Made by a program: the position numbers and the translations under genes
Notes under the pieces: model-generated
Told to the model about the DNA's origin: nothing
What the model saw: only the letters and a program-made list of their open reading frames with translations
Databases searched by the model: none
Part shown: positions 28,076 through 38,681 of the stretch, in pieces
Position numbering within the stretch: position 1 is the first letter of the stretch
How the letters are laid out: every line of letters begins with the position of its first letter
DNA from: Candidatus Latescibacterota bacterium
GTDB taxonomy: Bacteria; Latescibacterota; UBA2968; UBA8231
Assembly (NCBI GenBank): GCA_965221775.1
Contig: CBDCSU010000006.1
Coordinates: 2,336,001 to 2,400,000 of the forward strand
Length of the DNA stretch: 64,000 nt
Direction: 5' to 3'

Positions 28076-29494
28076 ATGCCCCCTACTCCCCTCCTCAAGC
28101 CACGATGGACGCGCCTGCTGCCGGCGGCGGCGCTCCTCGCCCTCGCGGCTCTTCCTCTCGGTGGCGAGGAGGCCCCTGCCGGCGAGGCGGGAGCGGCCCC
28201 CGAGGAGGTCCGCCAGCCGCTGATCCACCTGCTGCGGCTGCGCACGGTGGACACCGAGGGCGGCATGATCGACCCCGGGATCACCGCCTACGTGGAGCGC
28301 GTCGTCGAGGACGCCGACGAGGCCGGTGTCGACGCCCTGGTCTTCGAGATCGACACTTTCGGCGGCCGCGTCGACGCCGCTTCGGTGATCCGCGACGCCA
28401 TCATCGACGCCGAGTCCCTGACCATCGCCTTCATCGACAAGCGGGCGATCTCCGCCGGCGCCCTGATCTCCCTCGCCTGCGACAAGATCGTCATGGTCAA
28501 GGGCGGCACCATCGGCGCCACGACGCCGGTCTCCGGCACCGGCGAGAAGGCCGGCGACAAGTACGTCTCGGTCATGAGCGCCGAGATGCGGGCCACGGCC
28601 GAGCGCACCGGGCGCGACCCGGAGATCGCCGAGGCCATGGTCGACGAACGCATCTACATCCCCGGCTTCAGCGACGAGGTGGGCCGGCCGGCTACGCTGA
28701 CCACCAACCAGGCCCTGCAGTACGGCCTCGCCGACGAGACCGCCCAGTCCCTGCCCGAGCTGCTGGCGATCTACGACCTGGCCGATGCCGAGATCGTGGA
28801 CGTGAAGATCAACCTCGCGGAGCGCGTGGTGCGCCTCCTCACCCATCCCATCGTCACCTCCATTCTGCTCTCGGTGGCCCTCTTCGGCCTCATCGCCGAG
28901 GTGCGCACCCCCGGTTGGGGCCTGGGCGGCTCGATGGCGCTGCTGGCCCTGGCCCTGTTCTTCGGCAGCCACCTCATCGTCCACCTCGCCGACTGGCAAG
29001 AGCTGCTCCTGTTCTTCGTCGGCCTCGGACTGATCTTCGCCGAGATCGCCTTCATCCCCGGCTTCGGCCTGGCCGGCGTGGCCGGGTTCCTGTGCATGCT
29101 GGCCAGTGTGCTGCTGACCCGGCTGCCCGCCTTCGAGTTCTGGAGCATCGAGCAGATCAGCGGCGTCGTCGGCCAGTTCGCCCTGTCGATGATCATCGGT
29201 ATCGTCGCCGCCCTGGTCCTGCTGCGGTCCCTGCCCAAGGTGCCCGCTTTCCGGCACCTGATCCTGGCGGGCCGGACCTCGGCCTCGGACGGATACGTGT
29301 CGGCGTCGACCGACCAGGACCACGAACTGGTCGGCATGGAGGGCGTCACCCTCACAGAGTTGCGGCCCGTGGGCGTGGGCCAGTTCGCCGGCAAGCGCCT
29401 GGACATCATCGCCGAGGGAGAGTACATCGAGGAGCAGACGACGGTGCGCATCGTCCAGGCCCGCGGCAGCCGCGTCGTGGTGCAGGCCATCTAG
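28076..29494 (+). CDS. nfeD: Long NfeD (YqeZ-like) membrane protein with ClpP-like protease domain
   Basis: IDTFGGRVD, AISAGALI, IGATTPV, TM bundle, C-terminal OB fold (TELRPVG...GSRVVV). Confidence 0.9.
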   Translation: MPPTPLLKPRWTRLLPAAALLALAALPLGGEEAPAGEAGAAPEEVRQPLIHLLRLRTVDTEGGMIDPGITAYVERVVEDADEAGVDALVFEIDTFGGRVDAASVIRDAIIDAESLTIAFIDKRAISAGALISLACDKIVMVKGGTIGATTPVSGTGEKAGDKYVSVMSAEMRATAERTGRDPEIAEAMVDERIYIPGFSDEVGRPATLTTNQALQYGLADETAQSLPELLAIYDLADAEIVDVKINLAERVVRLLTHPIVTSILLSVALFGLIAEVRTPGWGLGGSMALLALALFFGSHLIVHLADWQELLLFFVGLGLIFAEIAFIPGFGLAGVAGFLCMLASVLLTRLPAFEFWSIEQISGVVGQFALSMIIGIVAALVLLRSLPKVPAFRHLILAGRTSASDGYVSASTDQDHELVGMEGVTLTELRPVGVGQFAGKRLDIIAEGEYIEEQTTVRIVQARGSRVVVQAI

Positions 29495-29505
29495 CCGGAG
29501 GAGCC

Positions 29506-30012
29506 GTGGAAGAACTGCTCAGCGCCGAGGCGCTGCCCTGGATCTACAGCGTGGGCCTGCTCGTCCTCGGCCTCGTGCTGGTTCTGCTCGAGATATTCGT
29601 CGTCCCGGGGTTCAACATCTTCGGGATCCTCGGCTTCGGCACCGTCTGCCTCGGCGTCCTCTTCGCCTACAACCGGCTCGGGCCCGAGGCGGCCGCGGTG
29701 ATCGGCGTCCTCGGCTTCAGCGGCACCGGCGCACTGGTGTGGCTGCTGATCCGCAACCGGGCCTGGCAGCGGATGGTGCGCGAGGACCGCACCGACCGCG
29801 CCTCGGGCTACGACTCGGCCACGGGCGAGCAGGAGGGACTGGTCGGCCAGGCGGGCGTCGCCCTCACGGCGCTGCGTCCGGCGGGCCGGGCCCGCTTCGG
29901 CAACCAGATTGTGGACGTGGTGACCGACGGCGCCTTCATCGCCGAAGGCGCCGCCGTGGCGGTGCTGGAGGTGCACGGCAACCGCGTCGTCGTCCACGAA
30001 CGCGCACAGTAG
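29506..30012 (+). CDS. Short NfeD-family membrane protein
   Basis: LEIFVVPGF, three TM helices, LTALRPAG...VDVVTDGAFI...GNRVVV. Confidence 0.85.
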   Translation: MEELLSAEALPWIYSVGLLVLGLVLVLLEIFVVPGFNIFGILGFGTVCLGVLFAYNRLGPEAAAVIGVLGFSGTGALVWLLIRNRAWQRMVREDRTDRASGYDSATGEQEGLVGQAGVALTALRPAGRARFGNQIVDVVTDGAFIAEGAAVAVLEVHGNRVVVHERAQ

Positions 30013-30033
30013 CGGAAACCAAAGGAGATCCCA

Positions 30034-31029
30034 ATGCCAGAGGCTCTGCTCTACATCGCGATTCTCTTCGCGATCATCATCTTCCTGAGCCTGTTCACCT
30101 ATTTCGTGCCAGTCGGGCTCTGGATCACGGCGTACTTCGCGGGGGTCAAGGTGGGGATCTTCCGCGACCTGGTGGGCATGCGGCTGCGCAAGGTGCCGCC
30201 CGGCGCCATCGTGCGCCCCAAGATCAGCGCCGAGAAGGCGGGCCTGGAGGTGGCGCTGGAACGGATGGAAGCCCACTACCTGGCCGGCGGCAACGTCGAC
30301 GCCGTCATCCTGGCCCTGATCTCGGCGGACAAGGCCAACATCGAGCTGACCTTCGAGCGTGCGGCGGCTATCGACCTGGCGGGGCGCGACGTCCTCGAGG
30401 CGGTGAAGGTCAGCGTCAATCCGAAGGTCATCAACACGCCACTCATCGCCGCCGTGGCCAAGGACGGCATCCAGGTGAAGGCCACGGCGCGGGTCACGGT
30501 TCGCGCCAACATCGACCGCCTGGTGGGCGGCGCCGGCGAGGAGACGATCATCGCCCGCGTCGGCGAGGGCGTGGTGACCACCGTCGGCTCGGCGGACACG
30601 CACAAGCAGGTGCTGGAGAACCCCGACTCGATCTCCAAGACGGTGCTGGGCAAGGGGCTCGACTCGGGGACGGCCTTCGAGATCCTGTCCATCGACATCG
30701 CCGACGTCGACGTGGGCGACAACATCGGCGCCAAGCTGCAGACCGAGCAGGCCGAGGCCGATCTCAAGATCGCCCAGGCCAAGGCCGAGGAGCGCCGCGC
30801 CATGGCCCAGGCCCGAGAGCAGGAGATGAGGGCGCTGGTGGAGGAGATGTCGGCGCGCGTGAAGGAGGCGGAGGCAGAGGTGCCGCGGGCCATCGCCGAG
30901 GCGTTCCGCACGGGCAACCTCGGGATCATGGACTATTACCGGATGCGGAACATCCAGTCGGATACGGAAATGCGGACGTCGATCTCCGAGACCGGCGAGG
31001 GCGAGTCCGGCGGCGAGGACCGGAGCTGA
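30034..31029 (+). CDS. floA: Flotillin-like protein FloA (YqfA)
   Basis: [68 protein letters not shown]. Confidence 0.95.
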   Translation: MPEALLYIAILFAIIIFLSLFTYFVPVGLWITAYFAGVKVGIFRDLVGMRLRKVPPGAIVRPKISAEKAGLEVALERMEAHYLAGGNVDAVILALISADKANIELTFERAAAIDLAGRDVLEAVKVSVNPKVINTPLIAAVAKDGIQVKATARVTVRANIDRLVGGAGEETIIARVGEGVVTTVGSADTHKQVLENPDSISKTVLGKGLDSGTAFEILSIDIADVDVGDNIGAKLQTEQAEADLKIAQAKAEERRAMAQAREQEMRALVEEMSARVKEAEAEVPRAIAEAFRTGNLGIMDYYRMRNIQSDTEMRTSISETGEGESGGEDRS

Positions 31030-31041
31030 GGCGGACGACCC

Positions 31042-31617
31042 GTGGAGCAACTGCTACTCATCCTGTTCCTGCTGTTCAGCGTGATCTCGGCGCTGCTGGA
31101 GCGGCGCAAGCGGCGCCGGCAGATGGAGGAGGCCCAGCGCCGCCAGCAGCAGACGGAGGACGGGGCGCCGGTCCCCCAGGCAGAGCAGGAGAAGGAGGAA
31201 GAGGAGGAGTGGGGCGGGTGGCCCTTTCCCGGAGGGGATCCCTTCGAGCCCCGCCCCACTCCTCCCCCCACGGCCCGGGCCGAGCCGGACGAAGGCGAGG
31301 TGGTCGTGCTGGAGTCGGCGGCGCCGGCCGACGGCCAGTCGCTGCTGGAGCAGTTGGAGCGTCAGGCCCAGGAGGCGGAGCAGCGCGCCCGGGACGAGGA
31401 GGAGCGCGCCCGCGAGCGGGCCCAGGAGATCCAGCAGTCCCGCCAGCGCATGGCGGCGCGGATGCGCCAGCTGGGGTCGGCGGGAGCACCGGGTGAAGCC
31501 CGGCCCCGGGGGCGGAGTCCGTGGAGGCTGACGCCCGACCGTGCGCGCCAGGCGGTGGTCTACGCCGAGATCCTGGGGCCGTGCAAGGCCGACCGGGGCG
31601 AGGAGTGGCGCTGGTAA
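31042..31617 (+). CDS. Membrane-anchored hypothetical protein (YqfB-like, last gene of floA operon)
   Basis: N-terminal TM, charged linker, C-terminal RQAVVYAEILGPC. Confidence 0.75.
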   Translation: MEQLLLILFLLFSVISALLERRKRRRQMEEAQRRQQQTEDGAPVPQAEQEKEEEEEWGGWPFPGGDPFEPRPTPPPTARAEPDEGEVVVLESAAPADGQSLLEQLERQAQEAEQRARDEEERARERAQEIQQSRQRMAARMRQLGSAGAPGEARPRGRSPWRLTPDRARQAVVYAEILGPCKADRGEEWRW

Positions 31618-31627
31618 CGGTCGATTG

Positions 31628-31714
31628 GCCGAAGTGGCGGAACTGGTAGACGCGCTGGATTCAAAATCCAGTGGGGGCAACCCCGTGTGGGTTCGAGTCC
31701 CACCTTCGGCACCA
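31628..31714 (+). tRNA. tRNA-Leu(CAA)
   Basis: Acceptor stem GCCGAAG/CTTCGGC, anticodon arm CTGGA-TTCAAAA-TCCAG, long variable arm, GTTCGAGTC T-loop, encoded CCA. Confidence 0.97.
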
Positions 31715-31840
31715 ACATACCTTCCCTTCTATCCTCTCCTGTTCCCCGAAGATCACCGTAACTCATTGCAAGTGAAGCATATTGGCGGTCCCGGGAGGGC
31801 TTGCGGCTTCCCGGGGCCTCTCATATATTCCCCCGCGTGA

Positions 31841-31864
31841 CGTGGTAGAAACCGTGGGGGAAAC
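31841..31864 (+). repeat. Tandem 12-bp direct repeat, putative integrase arm-type sites
   Basis: CGTGGTAGAAAC / CGTGGGGGAAAC directly before the integrase ATG. Confidence 0.55.
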
Positions 31865-31869
31865 CGAGG

Positions 31870-33030
31870 ATGGGGAAGCTCACTGCCGCAGGCATCAAAT
31901 CGCTCGTGAAGCCCGGCCGGTATGGCGATGGCGGGACCCTGTTCCTGTGCGTCGCCCCGGGGGGCTCCAAGTCCTGGATCCAGCGCCTCACCATCGATGG
32001 CTGCCGGCGGGACATCGGACTGGGAGGATGGCCGCTGGTGAGCCTGGTCGAGGCTCGCGACAAGGCCTTCGAGAACCGGCGGCTCGCCCGCTCGGGCGGG
32101 GACCCGCTGGCGGCCAAGCGCAAAGCCAAGATGCCGACCTTCCGGCAGGCGGCGGAGCGGACCTACGAGGCGAACCGGCCCCGCTGGCGCAACGCGAAGG
32201 TCGCGGCCAACTGGATGCAGCAGTTGGATCGCCATGCGTTCCAGAGGCTGGGCGACCTGCCGGTTGACCAGATCGGCCGCGAGGATGTGCTCGCCGTCCT
32301 GACGCCGATCTGGTCGAGCAAGCCCGAGACGGGCCGTCGCGTAAGGCGGCACATCAAGGCCACGCTGCGCTGGTGTCAGGCGCACGGCCTGGTGGACCAG
32401 AACGTGGCCGGAGAGGCCATCGACGGGGCCCTGCCTTCGATGGCGGCGGTTCAGAAGCACTTTCGGGCCTTGCCGTACCAGGAAGTCGCCCAAGCCCTGC
32501 AGGTGGTCGCGGGGTCGGGGGCCTCCCCGTCGGCCAAGCTCTGCCTTCGGTTCCTCGTGCTCACGGCCGCGAGGTCCGGGGAATCCCGCGGCGCGACATG
32601 GACCGAGATCGACACCGGGGCCCGGGAGTGGCGCATCCCCGCCGACCGGATGAAGGCCGGCGTCGAGCACCGCCAGCCGCTCAACGATGCGGCGATGGCC
32701 GTGCTCGAACAGGCGCGGATCCTCGACGATGGGAGCGGGCTGATCTTCCCGTCCCCGACGCGGCGAGGGCAGCCGCTGAGCGATATGTCGCTGACCAAGG
32801 TGCTCCGGGACAACGGGCTCGCCGAGCGGACCACCGTCCACGGCTTCCGGTCGGCCTTCCGGGACTGGGCCGCCGAGCGCACGGATACCGATCATGCCGT
32901 CATGGAGCTGGCGCTCGCGCACCGAGTCGGTAGCGCCGTGGAGAGGGCCTACGCACGGAGCGACCTGCGCGAGCGGCGCCGGGAGCTGATGGCGCGATGG
33001 GCGGCTTTCCTGGAGCCTGGTGATGGATGA
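31870..33030 (+). CDS. P4-type tyrosine integrase
   Basis: Arm-binding N-terminus (GRYGDGGTLFL...KSW...IGLGGWPLVSL.EAR); LTAARSGE, K, HGFRSAFRDW, LAH, RAYARSD. Confidence 0.95.
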   Translation: MGKLTAAGIKSLVKPGRYGDGGTLFLCVAPGGSKSWIQRLTIDGCRRDIGLGGWPLVSLVEARDKAFENRRLARSGGDPLAAKRKAKMPTFRQAAERTYEANRPRWRNAKVAANWMQQLDRHAFQRLGDLPVDQIGREDVLAVLTPIWSSKPETGRRVRRHIKATLRWCQAHGLVDQNVAGEAIDGALPSMAAVQKHFRALPYQEVAQALQVVAGSGASPSAKLCLRFLVLTAARSGESRGATWTEIDTGAREWRIPADRMKAGVEHRQPLNDAAMAVLEQARILDDGSGLIFPSPTRRGQPLSDMSLTKVLRDNGLAERTTVHGFRSAFRDWAAERTDTDHAVMELALAHRVGSAVERAYARSDLRERRRELMARWAAFLEPGDG

Positions 33031-33481
33031 AGACCTCCGCGCCTACCTGCACTACGAGGGCTCTCGTTTGGCCAACCTGCCCGCCATGTGGACCCGAGCG
33101 TCGATCTTCTCCCCCGCGGACGATCTCATTCGGGAACTCCTGGTATGGCACTACGACAGGATGGCAGATACCAAGCCCTGGGCATGGGAAGGCTTGGGCC
33201 AACTGTTGACAACCCTCCGGGCCCGCAAGGAGGAGATCCACCCACGCCTGCATTCGTGGGCCCTGGACGTCGCCAGCGGGCGACGCACCCCCCCCAGGCC
33301 AGTTGGCCGGAAAGCAAACGACGAACGCGACGCTCGATTCCTGTACGTCCTTGAAACCCTCCAAGGAAGAGGCGTCACTCGGGCAGATGCGATCAGGCAG
33401 ATAGCCCAAGAGTACCACCTCTCGACCGGGGCCGTCATCACGGCGGTCCGAAGAGCGAAGCAGGAAGGCCTTAGGGTGTGA
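33023..33481 (+). CDS. Hypothetical protein with probable C-terminal HTH
   Basis: Overlaps integrase stop; RPVGRK then RADAIRQIAQEYHLSTGAVITAVRR. Confidence 0.6.
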   Translation: MDEDLRAYLHYEGSRLANLPAMWTRASIFSPADDLIRELLVWHYDRMADTKPWAWEGLGQLLTTLRARKEEIHPRLHSWALDVASGRRTPPRPVGRKANDERDARFLYVLETLQGRGVTRADAIRQIAQEYHLSTGAVITAVRRAKQEGLRV

Positions 33482-33601
33482 AGAACTACCCCCTCGTTCT
33501 TCATTGGAGGGTGTGTAGAACTCCCCCCCCGATGTTCATCTGGACCCACGAGAACCTATGAGGCACCTTCTCGGTACAGACCAACCATGGAGGGTGCTGC
33601 G

Positions 33602-33793
33602 ATGGAAGACAGGTTGCTGACCCGGAAAGAGGTCGAAGGGCGCATCCGGCTGGGCCGATCCGCGTTGTACCGTATGCTGAGGGCCGGCCAGTTTCCCCTG
33701 CCGGTCCGAATCGGGCCTCGTGCGGTCCGCTGGAAGGCCTCCGAGGTCGAGAACTGGCTTCAAGAGAGACCGCGGGCGGGAGGGCACAAGTAA
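33602..33793 (+). CDS. alpA: AlpA family regulator / excisionase
   Basis: RLLTRKEVEGRIRLGRSALYRMLRAGQFPLPVRIGPRAVRWKASEVENWL. Confidence 0.9.
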   Translation: MEDRLLTRKEVEGRIRLGRSALYRMLRAGQFPLPVRIGPRAVRWKASEVENWLQERPRAGGHK

Positions 33794-33893
33794 GAGCGCC
33801 GAGGCCGGCGATGAAGCGGAAAGGTCCCCCGCCCCGTGCGGGGAGGGTCAGGGTCAAGCCCCATGCCGTGACTCATCGAGGGTGAAAAGAGAA

Positions 33894-33926
33894 GCGGCTG
33901 GAGAAGGTTGCAGCTTCTCCAGCCGC
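33894..33926. repeat. Perfect 13-7-13 inverted repeat (minus-strand terminator or lox-like site)
   Basis: GCGGCTGGAGAAG-GTTGCAG-CTTCTCCAGCCGC. Confidence 0.75.
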
Positions 33927-33961
33927 ACCACAACCCCCAAAGGTAAGGAGGGCACAGCAGG

Positions 33962-34963
33962 ATGACTGCCTCAAAGCTCGACGCTCGATCGGGCCAGGTC
34001 AAGCCGGCCTCAGATCGCAGTTCCCAAGCGACGCCAGTTCCGGCATCCCCCGGAGCCTCTCCCGTGCAGGCGCCGGTCTCCCGGAGACTGACCGATCTCT
34101 TCAGGCACTCCATCTCCGCCAACACCGCCAGGGCCTATGAGTCTGCCCTCGACCGCCTGGACGCTTGGCTGGGGGAGGGCGGCCTGACGGATTACGGTTT
34201 GGCCGAGTACCTCAGCGAGCTGTACGAGCAAGGCCGGGCCCCGGCCACCATTGCCCTCGTGGTGTCGGCGGTCAAGTTCCGCGCCAAGCTCCAGGGGACG
34301 GGCTCGCCGGTGGGGCCCGTCACCGAGCGCGCTCTGGCCGGCATCCGTCGCGCCGGCCGGGAGCGGGGCCTGGGACAGGTGGATGGCGTCGACTTCGCCA
34401 CGGCCGACGATGCGGCCGCCTTCGCCGAGAGCGATCAGAGCCTGCACGGCCTCCGCGACGCGGCCTTGATCGCGGTCGCCTCCGACGGCCTGCTGCGGGT
34501 GTCGGAAGTCGCCGCCCTCGACGTGGCCGACGTGGCCCGCGAGGGCGAGGGCGGCCTCCTCACGATTCGCAGCTCGAAGACCGACCAGGAGGGCGACGGC
34601 CACGTGCTCTACCTCGGCGAAACCACCATCCGCCGGACCACGGCCTGGACCGAGGCGGCCGGCATCGCCTCGGGGCCGCTGTTCGTCCGGGTGCGCAAGA
34701 ACGGCCTGATCGGCACGAAGGCTCTCTCGCACGGCGCCATCCGGCAGATCATTCGCACCCGCTGCCAAGCCGTGGGAGCCGAGGGCCGGATCTCGGGTCA
34801 CTCCCTTCGAGTCGGCGGCGCCGAGTCCCTGGCGGCGGGGGGGGCGTCCTTGGTGGAGATGCAGAATGCGGGCCGGTGGGATTCGCCGAACATGCCGGCC
34901 CACTACGCCAAGGGCCAGATGGCGACCCGAGGCGCCGTGGCCCGGATTCGCTACGGCGGGTAG
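33962..34963 (+). CDS. Cre-like tyrosine recombinase
   Basis: SANTARAY, APATI, LAGIRR; RDAALI...LLRVSE, SKTDQEG, SGHSLRVG, AGRW.S..M..HY; the Trp in place of His-II is as in Cre. Confidence 0.9.
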   Translation: MTASKLDARSGQVKPASDRSSQATPVPASPGASPVQAPVSRRLTDLFRHSISANTARAYESALDRLDAWLGEGGLTDYGLAEYLSELYEQGRAPATIALVVSAVKFRAKLQGTGSPVGPVTERALAGIRRAGRERGLGQVDGVDFATADDAAAFAESDQSLHGLRDAALIAVASDGLLRVSEVAALDVADVAREGEGGLLTIRSSKTDQEGDGHVLYLGETTIRRTTAWTEAAGIASGPLFVRVRKNGLIGTKALSHGAIRQIIRTRCQAVGAEGRISGHSLRVGGAESLAAGGASLVEMQNAGRWDSPNMPAHYAKGQMATRGAVARIRYGG

Positions 34964-35114
34964 CGGCCGGGAAGCCCCGCTCCACAACGGAGTTCGGGGG
35001 TCTGCCGCCTCATCTTGGTCGCGGTTGGCTTCCGGGGGGGGGTGGGCTCCGCTTCGGGTTCGGGGCCCCCCCAAGAGGGGCGCCACCAATCGCCGCCAAT
35101 CCACGGAACCGCCT

Positions 35115-37418
35115 TCAGGACTCCTCGAACTCGTGGTTCTCGAATCTCAGGGTGCGGCTGTTCTCGGTCACCGTGCGCACCACGTGGTCCGGTGCCCCTT
35201 CCGGGATCTCGGCGTCGATCTCTAGGGTAACCTTCACCTGGGCGCCAACCAGCCCGGCGAGGTGAGCCACTACCTCGGTTGCGACCAGGCTCGCGTCCCT
35301 CCCCACCCGTGCGGCGTCCAGGGTCACGGCGCCGTGATAGCGTCGGGCCTTCTTCTCGGGCGGCGGAGGGATCGGGGGCGTCTCATCGTCTCGGGATGGC
35401 TCCTCCTGACCGCCAGGCGCCGGCGGCGGAGGCGTCTTGGTCGACGCCGTCTCCTCATCCAGTTGCTGGCGAGCCACCGCCGGCTTGACGAGCAGTTCCG
35501 CGCTCTCGGGTAGGATCTCGGCCGAACATCCGCCCCGCAGGCCGCGGTACCTGCCGGCCGACTCGTCGTAGCTCTCGGCGAGGGCGAAGGCATCCGTTGC
35601 CCAGGTGATCTGGGCCACGCCGTCCTGGATGGCGCGCATCAGCACCTGGGGACCGCCGAGGCGAGGCAGGTACAGGTAGCGCCCGAAGTACTCCACGAGT
35701 TGCCGGATCTCCACGTGCTCTCCGCGCCACAGGGGGACATCGTCGAGGTGCTTACGGAGGATGGTGGCCCCGAGGCCCATGACCAGCAGCTCCTCCCTGC
35801 GTAACCGCCTGCTGGCCCGTTCGGCCAAGGGACCGGCCCCGGACAGACGGATTGGTTCCCAGGCGATCTCGGCATCGGGCTCCTTCTGAACTGGCACCAG
35901 CAGCCACTGATAGGTTTCTGGCAGCCGCCCCGTCACCGCGTCATCAGCCCCCTGCAACTGCGTCTGGGCCTGCCGGGCCTGATGCGGATCCAGGTTCAGT
36001 TCCTCCTTCTCTTCCAGGATCGACTTCCACGCCAGATACCGGCGCAGGGCCTCATCCAGGTCCTGGTAGCGCACGCTGTCCACAGCCAGAAAGACCAGGC
36101 TGTTGCGGAACGACCTGGGCGAATTGCCCCGCCATTCCAGGATCTCCCGGGCTGCGGCCTCCGCTGCACTCCCCGCCTCCTTGGAACAGGGACGCTCGGC
36201 GGGGAGCACCACCAGCCGCGCCTCGAGGTCGTCGGGCACGTCCGCTCCCGAGTTGGGCAGGGCGTGGATCCGCTCGAAGTCCCCGTCGGCTCGCAGGTCC
36301 TGCCTGAGCCGGTCCTCCAGCTCCCTGGCCACGTCGTCGGCGTTGCGGAGCAACTGGGCTCGGTCCTCGGCCAGCTTGGTGACCGTGGGCTGCGTCGAGT
36401 ACCACTGACGGGGACCGTCCTGATAGAGGTAGGTGGCCTCCGCCGCCAGCCGGCGCAAGGCATCGCCGAAAACGGCCGGAGATTCCCCCGGCAGGACACA
36501 CCCCAGCTTGACCCGGCCATCGTCGATGCCGCGGTGGGCCGCCGCGGTCGTGGGCGCGGAGCCGAGGTAGACCGTGCGCGCTACACGTCGCGCGGCCGAG
36601 AGCTTGCCCAGATTGGGCGCCCTCCCGTCGATGGCCACCGGCAGCGACCCCGGGCCGTCCACGTCCTTGTCGATGACGGGCGTCCAGTTGTCGGACAGAT
36701 AGCGGGTCAGTTCGTTGCGCACCCGGTCGTCGTCGATGGGGATGCTGCAGGGCAGCAGCAAGGGGTTGCGGTCACCCCTCTCCCACAGGCTGTGGATCAC
36801 GGCCGCCATGAGCCGCAGCACCCCGCGCGTGCGCTGAAAGCTGGCCAGCGCAGACCAGTCGGTGTAGAGCCGGTCGAAGACTTCGGGATGGATGGGGTAG
36901 GCGGCCTGGAGGCGTCGTTCGTAGTCGGCGCTGCGGCACTCGGCCGGGAACTCCTCCTGATGCTGCCGGTAAAGGTCCGCGAAGGCACGGGCCGTCAGGT
37001 CGCGCTGCTTGAAGGCGTCGGTGCCGGCTAGCGGCTCGAACAGCCGGCGGCGCACGATCTCGAAGCTCTCCTCGGCGCTGGCGGGCTTCCAAGGTGAGTC
37101 GACCCGGCCCAGTACGTTGCGCAGTCGGTCCAAGGCACCGCGCCCGCGCAGGCCCCCTACCTCGACATCGTCCGTCTCGGTGTAGGGAGCCCCGGAATCC
37201 CAATCGGAAACTGGCAGCGAGACCACCAGCAGGCAGTTGCCCGTGACCTTCACGGACTCGGTCAGCGCTTGGGCGAAGGTGAACTGGGTCTCGAAGCTGC
37301 CGGCCGGCAGATCGGCGTCGTCGTGCAACTGACGCGCGTAGGACACCCACTCGTCGATCAGTACAAGGCAGGGGCCGTACTCGTTCAGCAACTCCCGTAG
37401 AGCGTCCCCGGGGCTGGT
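35115..37418 (-). pseudogene. 5'-truncated DUF499-family AAA+ ATPase
   Basis: Recognisable similarity starts at TSPGDALRELLNEYGPCLVLIDEWV (Walker B); FEIVRRRLF, AYPIHPEVFDRLY, FQRTRGVLRLMA, VTENSRTLRF. An in-frame stop at 37478 leaves no Walker A or N-terminus. Confidence 0.8.
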
Positions 37419-38004
37419 GAGGGCTCCATCGCCGCCTCCACCTCCGCTGGCGTCGTGCCCGCGACAGGCCGATCCTCATGGGCGAATCTCCTTCTCGATC
37501 TCCGCGCGCCGGTGAACCCGCTCGTTGCTCCAAGCTGTCCAGCAGCCCCCGGAGTACCGCCTTGGACTGGGCCGACTTCTCCAGAGCCTGGATGATGGCG
37601 TCGGCCACGACCATTCACCTGCAGGACGCCTTCTTCGTGCTCGTGCATCTGGAGATCGCTGGCGAGGGCCTCGGCAAGCTGACGGACCTTGTCCTGTGCC
37701 ACTGGGTCTCCTCCGTTGAGATGTGATTCCCGGGGCGCGGGCAAGTAGCCCGTCATGGGTATCGGACGCCCGGCGATCCTTTCTCCTTTGGGTATTCCGG
37801 TGGGTCGTTACGACTTCTTCGGCGCCGGGGGCGGCGCTTTGCCCGGCCTGGGAGGATTGTTCTGCCGCCCTGGGCCGCTCTTGCGCCACGGGCTAGGTTG
37901 AATCAGTGCTCGGCCGCAGAACGGTCCCTCCCGGGTCCGGAGCAACCGGTGGATCGTCATCATCTCCACAGGCCCACAGTCGAGCAGGAGCAAGGGGAAC
38001 GGCG

Positions 38005-38241
38005 TCATTCGGATGAACATGGTCCTCTCCCTGGCCCGGCCTTGTGGCGTCGCCCGATGGATGCTATGGAGCACCCGCCCTTGAGCCGACGCTGCCGGGC
38101 CCACGGCGTCTCGACATCGTATCGACGACACAGCCGGGCGAAGCTCCGTGGGGTGATGCCGAGCGCCGCGGCGGCCTCGTGGTTCGTGCGGTAAATCCGA
38201 GCCGCCCGGTCGACTCGATCCTGGGAGATCGCTCTCTTCAT
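38005..38241 (-). CDS. Small Fis-like HTH protein (paralog of 48050-48262)
   Basis: RAARIY.T..EA.AALGIT.RSF.RLCR.Y.VETPWAR shared with the second copy. Confidence 0.75.
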   Translation of the reverse strand: MKRAISQDRVDRAARIYRTNHEAAAALGITPRSFARLCRRYDVETPWARQRRLKGGCSIASIGRRHKAGPGRGPCSSE

Positions 38242-38681
38242 GCGGGGCTTCCTCGCGGAGCACCTTCATTCAGTCCCCGCCGTCGTAGAGTTAGCTGCTG
38301 TCCGGGAGGCCTGGGTCCACCAAGGGGAGTCCCCGGTGCTCTCGGATGTTGACGATGTTCCCCGTAGGCCTGGCCCGGCGGACAGTCCGGGCCAGGCGCC
38401 GCCGCCGTGGCCGCCGTCCGAGTCGCAGGAAACGTCGAAGATCGTCGTCTGCACCCTCTCTCGGCAAGATGTACTGGACCGACTTCGGCAGGCCTTCATC
38501 GGCACGGGAGCCCGGGCCGGTGGATCACAGGCCTTCAAGTCGTCTCTTCCTTTCCGATGTGACTACCAGACACCCGCCAGGGCCCTGACCATGTAGGAGG
38601 CGATCCACCCCCCAAGGCCTCCAAGACCCCCAGGGCGAGGTAGGTCCGGACGCCGATCAGTAAGCAGCTCCGCCATCATCC

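Noticed and set aside
28076-31617. nfeD-nfeD-floA-yqfB-like cluster as a novelty
   Set aside because: Matches the known flotillin/NfeD operon type; an extra short NfeD is a minor variation.
33560-33586. CACCTTC...CGGTAC...ACCAAC as a possible attR
   Set aside because: Only patchy similarity to the tRNA 3' end, and it lies inside the integrase-alpA module.
38240-38600. ORFs 38240-38596 (+) and 38266-38538 (-)
   Set aside because: No motifs or convincing start signals; probably decayed or intergenic sequence.
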